A stretch of DNA of 60,470 nt, counting the filler, from Hausera hauseri (Eukaryota), in NCBI GenBank assembly GCA_046269625.1. It is 10 parts of 10 records of this genome, joined end to end, with 100 filler letters (N's around TTAATTAATTAA, not from the genome) between each part and the next. Parts side by side here need not be neighbours in the genome. Positions count along the whole stretch, not along the records: positions 43,755 to 49,255 come from JBJURY010240960.1; positions 49,356 to 54,249 come from JBJURY010401035.1; positions 54,350 to 60,470 come from JBJURY010137872.1; 7 more parts are not named here. One strand, written 5' to 3'. The notes under the pieces were generated by a model. It was not told the DNA's origin. It saw nothing but the letters and a program-made list of their open reading frames with translations, and searched no databases. Every line of letters begins with the position of its first letter. Position 1 is the first letter of the stretch. Shown here piece by piece: positions 46,588 through 60,470 of the stretch. The position numbers and the translations under genes are program-made.

Positions 46588-49255
46588 TTACAATAATGCC
46601 ACATGTCCATGAGGTAGTGTCTGAATTCCGTCTTCAAGAATGTGCCTCTTGTCATCGAACCAATCGAGACTTTTCTTCCGCAGCGCAACTGTGGCAATCT
46701 GATGTTCCCGGGACTGGATCCTTTTTATCGCGCTGATTATGTGACTGCTCCCGCAACACTCTCAAAATCTCCAAAGCCAATGTCTTTAGCTAATGTGGCC
46801 CTTTGAACACCCTTAGCCCGCTTCTTTACCTGACCATTTACATCGATGGCGTACATTTTTAATCTCACGCCACGAAACGGGTGATGATCTTTTCATTCAT
46901 CTCGTCTTTAAACTTCCCGAGGACCTTCTTGTCGGTAATTTATTAATTTACAGGATTCCTTTGACGGATCATAATCTATCATGTATTTGTTGTTGGCCTC
47001 ACTGTACCTCTTAATGGCCTGCCATATTCCACTCCTGATGCCCCTCTCAACCATGAGGACCATATTGTAATCCTTCAATATCTGGGGCCTTATTCCGGTA
47101 TAGCGCAGAATCGCCGCCCAGCACATTCCTGTAGCTGCATTGAAACGAGCTGGATCTAACTTGTGGCTCTTACGGATCACATCCCGGAAGCTTTCGAAGA
47201 TATCTGTGAGGAGCAGCACATTTGTGAGGAGGTAGATATTACTGTATTCCACCATTGCCCTTCTTTGGGAGGGTTTCCATACTCTTTGAGTATGCTCATA
47301 GTCAGAATCGCTATTATGACTGGATGAAAATTGACTATAAAATTCCTTCTTGTCCAGTAATGCTTCTTCGTCCAGTGTTTCTCATGACGTTATATAGTCA
47401 TAGGGAAACATGCCTTTCTTCTTGACGACGTCAAATGCAGTGGAGAAAAACCGCTTCGTCTCCTTGAGCTCTTCTGCAGGGAGGTTCTTCACTAAACTAT
47501 CCAGTGACGAGCTTATGAAGCGGAAGCTGCCTATGAATCTAAGTCTAATGCGGCCCACATGCTTAGTGAAGGTGATATATTTTTCCTCACTGTTTGGAAT
47601 GACATCAATGTTCCCCTCAATATTACCTAGTTTCCAAATAATGAAGTAGGAATCATAACCACTGAGATTGTGGAACACTACAGGCACATATGTGCATGTT
47701 TTGCAACGGAGATTGCAGTTGTTGCATGCTGCACCCCGATATTTGCCTGTAAAATGGCAATGATCCCTGTCTTTATAATTATCCTTGCTGAAGGACTTGT
47801 CGCACAAGTAACATGTTGTTGCCTTGCGCCATTTATCTTCTTGCTGCTTCAACATGCTCACTGTATCCTTGTGCTGCTGAAGCATGTTTTCAGGCCTATG
47901 AGCCATGTCTTCTAATCTCTTCATAAAATGTGCTGCTGCGTCTGGCACTCTAAATAGAAATGGTTCATTGTCCAGTCCTTTGGCATACATACAGTATGAT
48001 GAGAGTTCATGATATTGGTATACTGTTGTGCTGCTATGTTGAGGAATAGGGCTGCAGCTATAAACTGCGCTGAGGGTGGCCTCAAAATCACAATAAACGA
48101 CAAATGGCATCTTCTGCATCTTCTCGAACTCCTTGAATCCCAAGCAATCCTCCTTGGGGAATTCTGCTCGGATTAAGTAGTTTGTATTACAGTAGGTCTT
48201 TTGCTCCACCAGCTTTTCTGCGGCTGTGTCACCATTAAAATGCGTAAAGCATCTCTTGCATATTTTCAGCCTTGATTTATGCTTGGATATTTGGGATCCA
48301 ACGAGGCGCACGAAATTCTTAATCCAGATAAAATGCCTCGTTTCTCCATCATCTAGCAGGAGTAGATCCCTATGATTCTTTAATTCCTCCTTGCACGCAT
48401 GTAGTGGATAAAATTTGTCTTCATCTAATCCGAAGATGTTGATTGCGATGTTGTTTATGCTTTCAAATTTCACAACTTCATTTAGGCTCAGCGGGAATGA
48501 AATACAGCTGAAGTCGTATTTGTGCTGCACTTTGTCATATATCCAAACTCGGAAGCATTATGTTGATCCTGGACTAGTTTTGATAAAATGATATGCATGA
48601 AACACATGTTGTCATTATTATATACATTGACACATGCCTTTTTCTTAACTATCCATTCAATAAGCGGTATGTAAGACCTGCCTCTCATGGGAGAATACTT
48701 GTTCACATGCACAAGTAACCGTTTATTGTTGCTAAAGTCCAACCACGCTTCTTGTCCTGGCTTTCTTCTGCTTCGCGGATGAGTCTTGAATAGTCCTTAG
48801 TAATGAAATTCTTAATGTTAAAGGATTTCAATAGTGTCCTGTTCTTTGTCTTGAAGGCTCTCTTAGAGAGCTCTCCTTTGACATTGGTGAGGGTGACTTC
48901 CAATTTGAAGTTCACCTTAATGGCCTTTAGCTCCAACAAGTTGTCCTGCAAAATTACTGCTGGATCCTCCTTTGAATCTTGCAGGAATTCATGGAGCGAT
49001 GTCTGCCCCACTGTTGTTATGAATTATCTGCGAACTTTGCTCTTCATTGCAGCTGCATCAACTGGCTGCTCTCTTTGGCTTTTTGATGGAGCATCTGCTG
49101 CTACTTCTGATAGGCATGTTGGTCCTGCATCAGGCCTTGCTGCTAAAGCAGGCTGTACAACTGGCTGTGCTGTCACTACAGGATGCTGCTCATTAAATAT
49201 GACCTTCTTTGGCTTTGAATTGAAGTCTGTCAAATGGGCAATATGATCTTTGTAA
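46588..49255 (-). pseudogene. pPolB with deletion of polymerase motifs A-C
   Basis: Long ORF 47382-48530 (YCDFE, DHCHFTGKYRGAACNNCNL, VVFHNLSGYDS). After YDPSKES the sequence jumps to KFKDE..KMY..KRAKG and ends DDKRHILEDGIQTLPHGH..TAA at 46588. Confidence 0.92.
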
Positions 49256-49355
49256 NNNNNNNNNNNNNNNNNNNNNNNNNNNNNNNNNNNNNNNNNNNNT
49301 TAATTAATTAANNNNNNNNNNNNNNNNNNNNNNNNNNNNNNNNNNNNNNNNNNNN
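49256..49355. other. Artificial contig linker
   Basis: N44-TTAATTAATTAA-N44. Confidence 0.98.
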
Positions 49356-50090
49356 TTGAAGACTAAAGAAAATTCTGCTAAAAGTTTTACTGAATTTCTG
49401 ACTAACATTTTACAGAATTAGTTATGACTCGTGTAATTATCAATTTTGTAGCACAGCACTCTGGCACGTTTTGCTCTCTTCTATGATAACCTAATTCACT
49501 CGTCGCTGATATTCACCGTTATGTGGGGCAATTACAATCGCTTTGCGCTTTCAATTGCGACATTCTACAGCGTTGAGCCGTTGGATAAACATTTGTCTGA
49601 TCTAAAATATAATTTTTCTTTCGTGATACGGCAATTTCTAACAATATTCAGACACTGTGTGACAATTTGAGTAAAAGATTCCCATCTACTATTACTGACT
49701 TTCTTTCACAATTGATTTGCTTTCATTAATTCTAAAACGGTGTTAATATTAATCCATTTTACCATTTGTCGACGTTCGCTTACACGTGATTATTACACCA
49801 TGTCATCTCGTCACAACTTGGTAGACTACACATCATTAAAACTTCACAATCGCTTTTGATTTTTGATGGTCTTCTGCTTCGAATTCGTTGATGTTTACTG
49901 TGGTTCTCACATTGGCCCACCAAAAAATAACTATATATATGTAAACATTTTTTTGAAAAATGTGTTCTTTAAATATTCGTATTTACGATGATGGTAAAAA
50001 TTTAAAATGAAATAAAAATTATGGCAGTTTAAACACGACTTTTAGTAAAACCTCATTTCTATCACTTTTTAAACCACGAATTTCGAAGAT

Positions 50091-50807
50091 TCAGGTACTT
50101 TGGAATATATTCGAAATAAAAAAATCTTTCAGCAAAATTTCATCGATACGCTGAATCGGTTGCTTTAATTCTAGAATATAAAACTGACGTTGTTTTCCAT
50201 CTTCCATAGGAATTGCATTGAACGATACTGCTCCATCAATATTTTGGGCTTCATAATTGAACGTCAATATCAGTTGGTCTTCCGGTAGGGATTCTTTGAG
50301 TTCTACATTGCTCTGTAATTGGTATTTAGTAGAAGTCATTAAAATTGGAGTGGCGCATGGCGGAGGAGTAATAGATGCTTTTTCTTTGTATGTTGCATCA
50401 GAAATGATAGGCGGCATCGCAGATGATTCTTTTACTGTTGTCCACAAAGGCTGGATTATATCATGATCTGTTTCTTCAACGTTCGATTGTGAATGGTTTG
50501 ATATTACTTCCTTAATGGTATTCCAGTCGAGCATAGGGTCCGTTAAACTCAGTAGGAATTTTATGTATTCTGGGCATGGATTGTTGGCGCCAAAAATATC
50601 TGAAGTTCCATTTAGTGTATCAAGATAGTGGAAGGTAAGAGAAAAGAAGAGTGACCTGTCCATAGAACTCAGAAATAATCCGGCTGACCACCTTGCGTGT
50701 ACCATTATCCACGGCAATGCACTGTTATTGTTAAGGAAAAAAGACGCACTATAAATATCGTGGGTCTCCAGAAAAATCGTTTTCTGGCATTCCAGTTCTG
50801 ACACCAA
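50091..50807 (-). CDS. Hypothetical protein, 238 aa
   Basis: Open frame in AT-rich DNA; no recognisable motif. Confidence 0.3.
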   Translation of the reverse strand: MVSELECQKTIFLETHDIYSASFFLNNNSALPWIMVHARWSAGLFLSSMDRSLFFSLTFHYLDTLNGTSDIFGANNPCPEYIKFLLSLTDPMLDWNTIKEVISNHSQSNVEETDHDIIQPLWTTVKESSAMPPIISDATYKEKASITPPPCATPILMTSTKYQLQSNVELKESLPEDQLILTFNYEAQNIDGAVSFNAIPMEDGKQRQFYILELKQPIQRIDEILLKDFFISNIFQST

Positions 50808-50945
50808 TGTGAAAATCTGTCATTTTGTTTCGATCATGTTTTGTAATAAATCCCATATGAATAATTTGATTGTGATTCAGCAATATTAAAACGACAAATA
50901 GTATTCTATTTCACTAAACATTTTACAATCAGCGAATACAAATAT

Positions 50946-51930
50946 TTAAACAGCAAAAGTCACCATAATTTTGTATCCTATTGGGTGAATGTGGGCACCA
51001 CAAACACGAATAACTGTTGTACTTGACCTGTTATAACACTGATTGCATGTGGAGACCGATAGAAGTATTGGCTCGAAGTCGCAGCAAATTATAAATGGCA
51101 CACGAATGAGTTTTTCGAATTCATTGAATTTAATACTGTCTTCATTAGGAAAATCTGGTCTTAGTGTTTGTTTGGTGTTGCAGTACAACTTATGCTCATG
51201 TTACTTCGATTGATCGCTGAAATGTGTAAGGCATCTCTTGCAAATGTAAATTCTGTGTCAGTTTTTTGTAACTTGAGATTTTATTGGTCGTTCAAAATTT
51301 CGGATATAAACGAAATGGGTTGTCTCGTCATCATTGAAATGAAGTAGGTACCTGTGTTCACCCTTTCAAATTTCTTAATATTTTGCATGCTTGGCGGATA
51401 CTGTATGCCTGATAAATCGTATGTATGGTGAATACTTTCGTATTTCGAAGCACGATATAGGTGCTGATCATTTTTGTCTGAAAGAAGATTTGGCAATATT
51501 GAGTATTTGAAACACAGATTATCGAAGTAATTTTGCACTTTGATGCATGATTTTGTGTTTGCAACCCAGTCTGATAAAAGTATATATGATGAGCCTATAA
51601 TTGGAGAATATTTATTCAGTCTAATACTGATTCCCTTAATTTCAGATAAGGTCCATCCACTTTTCTTAGATTCATTTTCCTCAGTCTCATATAATACTTT
51701 TTGAATTCGGTTACGATAAATCTATTAATATTCATATCTAACAAGTCGGCAGTGCTTATTATTTTAAACACCCGTTTCGTAATTTCTCCATTTATGTTCA
51801 CATATATTACCTCTAAGAATAAATTAACCTTTATTGTGTTAAATGATAAACGAAAATAATTAAGTTGTATGTGCGTAATTTCAGTATATGCGTTATTAAA
51901 GCAAGTATTATCATTGTGTGGTCTAACCAT
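50946..51930 (-). pseudogene. Divergent pPolB N-terminal remnant
   Basis: KVNLFLEV, GSSYILLSDWVAN, FDNLCFKYSIL, YPPSMQNIKKFERVN, PFIICCDFE. Confidence 0.8.
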
Positions 51931-54249
51931 TAGATTACATCTGCATGCATAACTATTTAATCGATATTATATGTAAATTACCCAAAGTCCAAATAATGAC
52001 TAATTTATGTACTCACGCCTTTATATGCACACACTGAGCACATCTCATTACTCATCAAGCTCAGTTCATTATTCATAAAGCACTATTGAAAAAAACACCG
52101 TGGTTGTACTGACCTGAGCTTCTGTAACTTATCGAAGAACCGGATTGATTCAAGTCGGATACCAATTGATAGAGCTCGGAAAATACTACTACATAGCAGG
52201 ATAAATCAATCTGGTACATGTATGGATTTTAAGTAGTGCTCACAACAACATATTTGGTTTTTTGAGTCTTGTGCTTATTGGATTTACCGAAACCACTCAT
52301 GACCTGTCATTCGATGCGCCTGTATAAGACGCGGTTCTGTATAATTTATTGTTGCTGACTTATTGCATATTAAATATTTCAAGAAAAATGCAAATTGCTC
52401 TAGAGCAAAATGCTCCTGCACCTGACCGTGACCATCAGACAGACTAAATTCGGGCACTGACTGATAGATCTCGGAAAATTATACTACGATGCATAATCCA
52501 TCATTCGAATCCATCGGTGGGCTTTGAGCTGTGCTCAAAATAAATTGTTTTTTGCTCACTTTTTTCTTATAGATCTTCCTTTGATCGCATAACGTCGTGA
52601 TACATACCGGAGATCTCGGCTAATTGAGTTGCATCGAACGACACCTCATCGAACTCTGTGTGACTCCTATGTGCAGAGATTGAATTTCCGACCATTTTCA
52701 TTGAAAAATCGGAACTGTTCCAGAATAACCATAAGGTTTTCTTGTCCCGTTATTCAAGCTACCGACCACTGTTATAGACCGTTAAAACCGCGCTGATGGG
52801 CTGAGCTCGTTTTCGAAAAGAAAACGGTTCTCATGAAATTCTCAAAAAAACACTTTTAATATCGATTGCGCAATCTTCTGAACATATTTCGGAATTTTTT
52901 AAATTGTCACGTGAGCACGTCACGCATTGCACAATTTTCGCGATAAAATTGCGTGAAAACCACGTGTGGCATGGCTAAAATTGCGTAAAATTTGCCGGAA
53001 ATTACACAAAATCCACTGGAAATCGCGCAAAATTGACCCGAATTGACAGAAATCGATGCAAAATTGCGCAAACTATCACATGACCGGGAGTTTGGGGACG
53101 GGAGATTACTGAACCATAATCGACATTTTCATACTAATTATTATTGCATAAAGTAACTGTAAGTAGAGTAAAACTGTTTTATTCAAATCGTATCTTATGC
53201 CGCATAAATATAGCTGTTATATACTGGGTTGCCCTTAATCAACTCCCGCTGTATAACAATAGTTATAATTGTTTTGATCGTTTATTAAGCAGGTTAAGTT
53301 TACTGTTCTCGGTAAATCAGGATGTCCCTTAATACCTTTATTATAGTTTACTGAGTGTGCAAGTACTCGCTTGCGGTCCTATGCAAATTCGTTTACTAGT
53401 TCTAGTCTTACCTAGAAATTTTAAGTACAGTTTAGGCCTTAATGAAGTCAAACCACCCTTAAGAGGCAGTGAAAAACTATAAAGATTTTAATACAACGAA
53501 TATATTAATATAACAATACTAACGTACTCTACAGCTTTTCCACAATAAATAACAAATATGAATCGAATCGTCTTCGGAATTTTAACTTCAATCACTGAAC
53601 TCTGTTTCGACACTGCTACTAATCGATAATTTTTGGCTATTAGATAATTGACTTTGCAGTTTTCGATATATCAGTATCTCAGTTGTCACTGTTTCACCAA
53701 CTTCTCATCTTCTCTGATTGCACTGATTATATATACACCTCATCAACTACGTGTTACGTATCTATCTAATTTCAAGTAATATTTTGAATTGTTCTTGATT
53801 ATCCACCGTCTTTAATTGGATAAGTTATGATTCTTTTTTATTTTACTTCGTAGAAATTTGACTTTTTGTTTTAAAAATTTTTTAAATTCGGCAAATCTTT
53901 GTGAAAACTACTCTCGACATTAATACCAATTTCTAAATTCATACTGCTATCTACATTGTCGAAAATAATATTTACATTTCTATAACAGCATATTTCTTTT
54001 AAAGCTAATTATAAATTTCCTGTTACTATTGAAGTGAAAATATTTTAGACAAGTGAATTTTTTGTGGAAAGCTTCGTGTTATATCTGGTATTGAAATGCT
54101 TATTAGTTTATTAAATAAAAATGTCATTCTTTTGGACGTTTTTTGGTTTCATATTGGTGAATTACTTATGCAAGAAATTTCTGGATAAGAGCAAATATAA
54201 TTTGCGTATTTCAATTCAACACTTCATAATTATTTTACCATACAGAATT

Positions 54250-54349
54250 NNNNNNNNNNNNNNNNNNNNNNNNNNNNNNNNNNNNNNNNNNNNTTAATTA
54301 ATTAANNNNNNNNNNNNNNNNNNNNNNNNNNNNNNNNNNNNNNNNNNNN
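54250..54349. other. Artificial contig linker
   Basis: N44-TTAATTAATTAA-N44. Confidence 0.98.
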
Positions 54350-55402
54350 CTATTAGAAGAAAAAGCAGTACGTCCGTCGTTTGTATTTGATTTGAAAGTG
54401 CAGCCCGGAATGCATTTACGAGCCTAATTTTTGAACCTTGCATGGTAGATGCAAACAACGGTGTCTGAGGAAAAACACTTGTTTAAAAAATTTGCTCCCT
54501 AGGCAGCATTTCTGAGCATTAGTGTTGAATCTGCTGTGGTAATAGCAGATCGACGAACGCGCAAGCCATGGTAAGCGGTTTCTAGACGTAGAGCGAACGC
54601 GGTCAGCGACAAAATGCCTCCGGCGGGACAGGGTGAGTTCGCGTAGTTTATTACTGATATTGTTGATTGTTGCGTGTAGTGCAATATTTTCAGCACGTAG
54701 CTGATTAAGCTTTTGTTCTATTGATGTGTTATTGGTATATATATCGTTAGAGGCAACTACTGCTGAAACAACTGGTGGGGAATTTACGTGTAGGACGTCT
54801 TGTGTCCTATCGGCTAATTCGGCCAATTTCTCAAGAGGTGTGGAGTCCTTCACTATGGTAAGTATGGCCCGGATTTGGATAGGTAGCTCACTGAGCAAAT
54901 ATTGGCGCAGTAGGTCTGGATTGTGTTCTTTAGTGACATCGAGGGTATGTAGATGTGCCAAAGAGGTGCGTAAGAATTCTGATGGTCGTTGGATGCCTAT
55001 AACATTGTCGTGGAAGAAACGTTGTATGATCGTGTCCATGGAAGGTTCTGTGATCATACGAACTGCGTTGAAAAGTTAGGAATATGGGCTGGGAAGTTCA
55101 AAGATTTCAGTGACGTTGTAAATGCATGTTTTGATGTTATTAACGAGTAAGAAGAGAAGATTATGTGCTCTAGTTAGAGTCAGTAATGTTATTTGCCTGC
55201 AGCCATAGTTGATGAAATTGTAACCAAGTTTTGCTGCAGCCTTGGTTGTCAATAAAGCATTCGGTGCATTAGGGAAAGGAGCGGAAGAGGTAATGGATGG
55301 AAGATTACTAGCAGGGGTAGAAATGGGTTTTTGAAGCCTTATAACAGATTTTGGTTTCCTGGTGGTTTTATCTGTAGTGTATATGGTTGGCGAAGAGTTC
55401 AT
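54350..55402 (-). mobile_element. gag: Ty3/gypsy gag remnant, same family as 34092-36150
   Basis: QRPSEFLR, LLRQYLLSELPIQIRAIL, LEKLAELAD, ICYYHSRFNTNAQKC, and a second knuckle VCIYHARFKN*ARKCIPGC. Confidence 0.82.
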
Positions 55403-56196
55403 GCCACCACGGGTACGGATATGTATGTGGAGACAAGTGTGGTTTGGGAAAGGCGGTCGGGTTCCGGTGAGGGGTATTATAGAACCGTTATATGTAAGAT
55501 AGAAATCGGAAGAGTTGAGTAAGAAAGAAATGAAGGTACAAATGGTTGCAACATGTAAATGTAATGTAATGAGTGTATATGTGCTTATTATTTAGGAAAA
55601 GGAAAATAGAGAGGGGAGTAGTGTGCCTGGGAGCGTGTTGCGCGGCTGAGGCAAAAGGCGCCGTCTGACCGACCGGCGCAGGGTTGACGGCCAGGACCTC
55701 AGCCCCATCGCGATGGGCCCCAAATTGCAGGGTGACCGACCTCCCCACCTGTATTGTTTTTTTACTTGGTGACATAGAAACTAAGGTGTTTAAATCGTTG
55801 GCGAAATTTATACAGAGTGTAATTAGAATAGCTTACATGCACCGATATGGCTGTAGTTGCATTGTATATGTCCTATGATCGGATAGGTAATTTTTCGGCG
55901 ATGACGGGGTCCAATGAATGGAAATGCTGAGAGCTCTCCAGTTGTTTGGAGTTGTCGAAGAATTGAAAAAATTTCTGTCTTTGTTAAATTGTTTCTGATC
56001 TGTGATACTGACTCTTGTAACAATTGGAGTTTGAACAGCTTTTGTGGCTTGAAGAACAATTGTCATATTTTCAGTTTGTTTGAACGGTAGATGTTTGTAC
56101 ATGTCATTTGTAAGTTGTGGAAAATTTTCTTTGAGATTTAACTTAATTGGATCATATGTATTTGCTATGTATTCGCCGCACTCTTCAACAAGATTA

Positions 56197-56541
56197 TTAG
56201 TGAGTGTTACCATCAGAATCAGTAATAGCGCACTTGCTGCAGAAAAAATCCTCTGCATGCACTTCGTCCTCAGTGGTGGGACGGTATGTATGAACCGACA
56301 TATTGTCTAAGTCAGTAGATGAAGCATCAGTGTGTCTTTTTACAACGTGTCGTTGAAACGCAAATGCGCAACAGCTGGCAAATCGGCATATAGAACGCGG
56401 CAGGTATCTCTTATGCTCATCGGAGCTCAACCGCTCACCGCACGCCAGGCACATAACATATTCAATTTGTTCCGGCAATGCAAGATTAAGATCTTTTACT
56501 CGATTTCCACAAAAATGAATCAAGCTCGTTAAACATTCCAA
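56197..56541 (-). pseudogene. POGZ/ZNF280-like zinc-finger fragment
   Basis: CLACGERL..HKRYL.RSICRFASCCAFAFQRHVVKRH..FFCSKC resembles the CLEC..HC..CRYSTCC.RAY.NHM..H cluster of POGZ/ZNF280. Confidence 0.5.
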
Positions 56542-56599
56542 TACTTTACTGATTAAATTCTCATCAATTGATAGTTATGGCAAGTTTTTTAGAGATTCA

Positions 56600-57900
56600 C
56601 GCAAAATCTTAAAACCATGTTCTTTGGTTTGGTAATCTAAGCTGGGAATGCTGATAATAGCTCAAAACAATTTAACGGAATCTATGGATATGTTGAAATG
56701 TAACGTGTCAAAACTATTCAAAATCAGCGTAGCGAATTTCGTATGCTTTTCCAAATCGTCGTCGGTAAAGGACAAGCATTTTGTAAGTAATGGAATCGAC
56801 TGTTCAAAAACAGACGGATCGAGAACTCGTTTTTTAGAGTAACATCAATAGATTGATGTGTCGGGCTACAGTTTCCGCTTGAGTTAATTCGTAGATTTTA
56901 CTTTTAAATGCACTGCTTTGAACCAAACGAACAAGATGCGAAGTCGTCGATTTCCACATGATGTTAGGAACAATTTCCAAATCGCTCAATATGATTTGAT
57001 AGAATGTGGTTACCGTTGACGGAAGCAGAACCAATTCTATCACTCACGAATTTATACGCCAATTTACTGTAAAATGTCAATCCGTAGATGCATGCGTAAA
57101 TCCAATTTAACGGTAAAAATAATTGAACTAATGTTTGGGGATCGAGATAGGTTTTCGTGATGGAAATGTAGAGAATAATCAAGTATGACTCGACCAGTTC
57201 TCGACTGTAGAAATTGATGTTATTACTACCATCAATTACCGAACGTGATTGCAGCGGTATCGTCGTACCTAAAACGTACCGCAAAACAGATGAACAAGCC
57301 AACTTAACTGATTCATGGTTGCCTAGTAAACAGATCAGATGGATCAAAACGGTATTTGGTTGTAACAAGAGATTATCAAAATCGATCTGTTTGTTATATT
57401 TGACAATTCAATCCGCCAATTTTTTAATCAATCCCAAAACGTAATTATACGGAAGAATTTCCGGCAGAAATCTCGTATGGACCTCCACATCTAACACGTC
57501 GGATATTTTGCTTATCCACGATGTTACACGGCTCAGAGAAAAACAGAAGTGTTTGATTTTCAATTTCAAATCGTCCACTCTCGACCGTTGCTTTTCTATT
57601 CTGTGAATCATGTACAACGTTTCACAGTTCGTCATAATATCTTTTTGCAAACTGTTCAGGATTTTCTTCAAATTGCTCACATCCGACAATCAACACTGAT
57701 GCCGTTCAACACTGCGCAGTTGTAGCGCTTTCAAAATACTCAAATTAATATCGGTTTCTGTTAATTCAACAGCATTTCGTGCGATATTGAATGTATAGCT
57801 GCCAAAACACGTCGACACTTCAATAAACATATTATGAAATTCATCTGCGGGCTTCGATGATTCAATTTCCTCTGAGGATTCTTGTGACATTCTCAAAAAA
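56600..57900 (-). pseudogene. Decayed intronless eukaryotic gene fragment, weakly RPAP1 C-terminus-like
   Basis: In-frame ORFs 57690-57896, 57408-57689 and 56964-57368; LFLPLNWIY motif. Identity uncertain. Confidence 0.3.
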
Positions 57901-57905
57901 TTCTT

Positions 57906-59147
<1,242 letters not shown>

Positions 59148-59333
59148 GTTACAGTTTGATCTGCTACATTTTCTGATACCAATTTGTTATGTATTTGGCT
59201 GATAAATATCCACGTATATAATGTAAATTCCTAATGCCTAAACCAACAAAGTACGAAATTCAAGACCTATTTTGCAGACAAATGTTTAAATAAGGTGTAT
59301 TGTGATTTAATCGAGTTGAGGTCTAACCTACAG

Positions 59334-59381
59334 TGGTGTCAGAAGTGGGATTCAAACCCACATCCCAGTCGGGGACCAGAA
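59334..59381 (-). tRNA. tRNA-Leu 3' half including CCA (reads as an extended primer-binding site on the plus strand)
   Basis: Plus strand TGGTGTCAGAAGTGGGATTCAAACCCACATCCCAGTCGGGGACCAGAA, preceded by ..CTACA-G. Confidence 0.7.
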
Positions 59382-60470
59382 TTGTGTACCTGCGATAGTG
59401 AGAAGTACTTAATCATAAGTCAGTCATATAGTGTACCATTTTTGTACCAGTCTTTATTCTCCTACGATTCCTTGTAAATAATTTATTTTCGCCATGTACG
59501 ATTTATTTTCATGTTTAGTACGATCGATCTGTCCATATCTGCCCGTTTTGTCCCGCTTTGTTGTGGACAATTGTGGATCTGCAACACAATAATCTCCCCG
59601 GCCCCAGTGTTCAGTTTCAATATTTTAATTAATAAATTATACAAACATCGAGATACTTCCATCATATTGACAACGTCCAAAATACACACTACATATGGAG
59701 AAGCGCCCATAGAATAAAACAATTGACTTGAATGATAAACAACAATTTGTTATGTTACAACCATATTAAAATACATTTTATAAAATTGTTTCTTATATGC
59801 ATTTATAGATGAACTTTTGTATTTACGAAACATCTGAATTTTTATCAACGTTGAAGTCTAATTTAGAACCACTGGCTCAAACGGCGAAATTAGAATATGA
59901 AGAATCACTGGAAAATAACAGTTCAGACATGGTTGGTGTTGTACGCGTTATTTATCGTTGTCGACCGTCTCATATTGCACTACAACCACCAGTCGTTAGC
60001 AGGATTCGTTTGTGACTTAGTGATGAAGACTTGCCAATTTACAACTATGAAACTGTAAACAACTTAGGGACCAAAGCGTCCTTAAAACATGGAGATTGGC
60101 AAGGTAATGAATCTGCTCTTAACATGGAAGATGACAACAGTAGCAATTTGAATATTTCGATTCTGAAATGTATTCAACAGGTCGGTATGCAGAATTTTAC
60201 AAATGGTAAATAAATCATAAAAACATCTGGTTTCGACTCTCAAAAATTCAGATGTCTACTATTGAAGGGAACTACTATGAAAGGATCTATGATGATTTAT
60301 CTCGATCGTTTACGTTAATAGGCATTGAATCGATTCTCTTTGCCGGTGACCTTTTCCAACAAAAATGTTTGTCTGTTTGTGATTTTCAGTGTCTTGCGAA
60401 GTGTAGAAATCTCATGGAAAATTTCCAGCAGAGATTCAAATTGGGTGAGATCAACTTCGTTGATCAAGAA

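Noticed and set aside
55480-55770. Possible LTR, PBS or PPT upstream of gag
   Set aside because: GC-rich and plausible as a leader, but no TG..CA boundaries, second copy or clear tRNA match could be identified.
60240-60470. ILFAGDLFQ motif, resembling PIF1/Helitron helicase or Mre11
   Set aside because: A single short motif at the window edge with no supporting motifs.

Overview
This window is not contiguous DNA. It is ten AT-rich eukaryotic contigs, most likely from an invertebrate animal, joined by nine identical 100-nt artificial linkers (N44-TTAATTAATTAA-N44). Almost all coding content is decayed. It includes Ty3/gypsy LTR-retroelement remnants, at least four Polinton/Maverick-type protein-primed DNA polymerase (pPolB) remnants plus a Maverick packaging-ATPase remnant, LINE debris, a hAT-like transposase fragment, and intronless pseudogenes of AHCY and XMAP215/CKAP5. 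The standout is an unusual retrovirus-like Ty3/gypsy family, seen in three divergent copies (contigs 1, 4 and 7). In the most complete copy a chuvirus/herpes-gB-like class III fusion glycoprotein lies upstream of, and apparently in frame with, PR-RT-RNaseH-IN, with no gag in between. The integrase then runs in frame into a second type-I membrane protein with two C-x29/31-C-x9-CC modules, an FN3-like domain and a TM segment. A conserved splice acceptor follows, and then a ~490-codon orphan ORF with a basic tail. A second Gypsy family with a doubled CHCC knuckle sits, in two contigs, directly downstream of co-oriented host mRNA retrocopies. All family assignments come from motif recognition by eye; no database searches were run.
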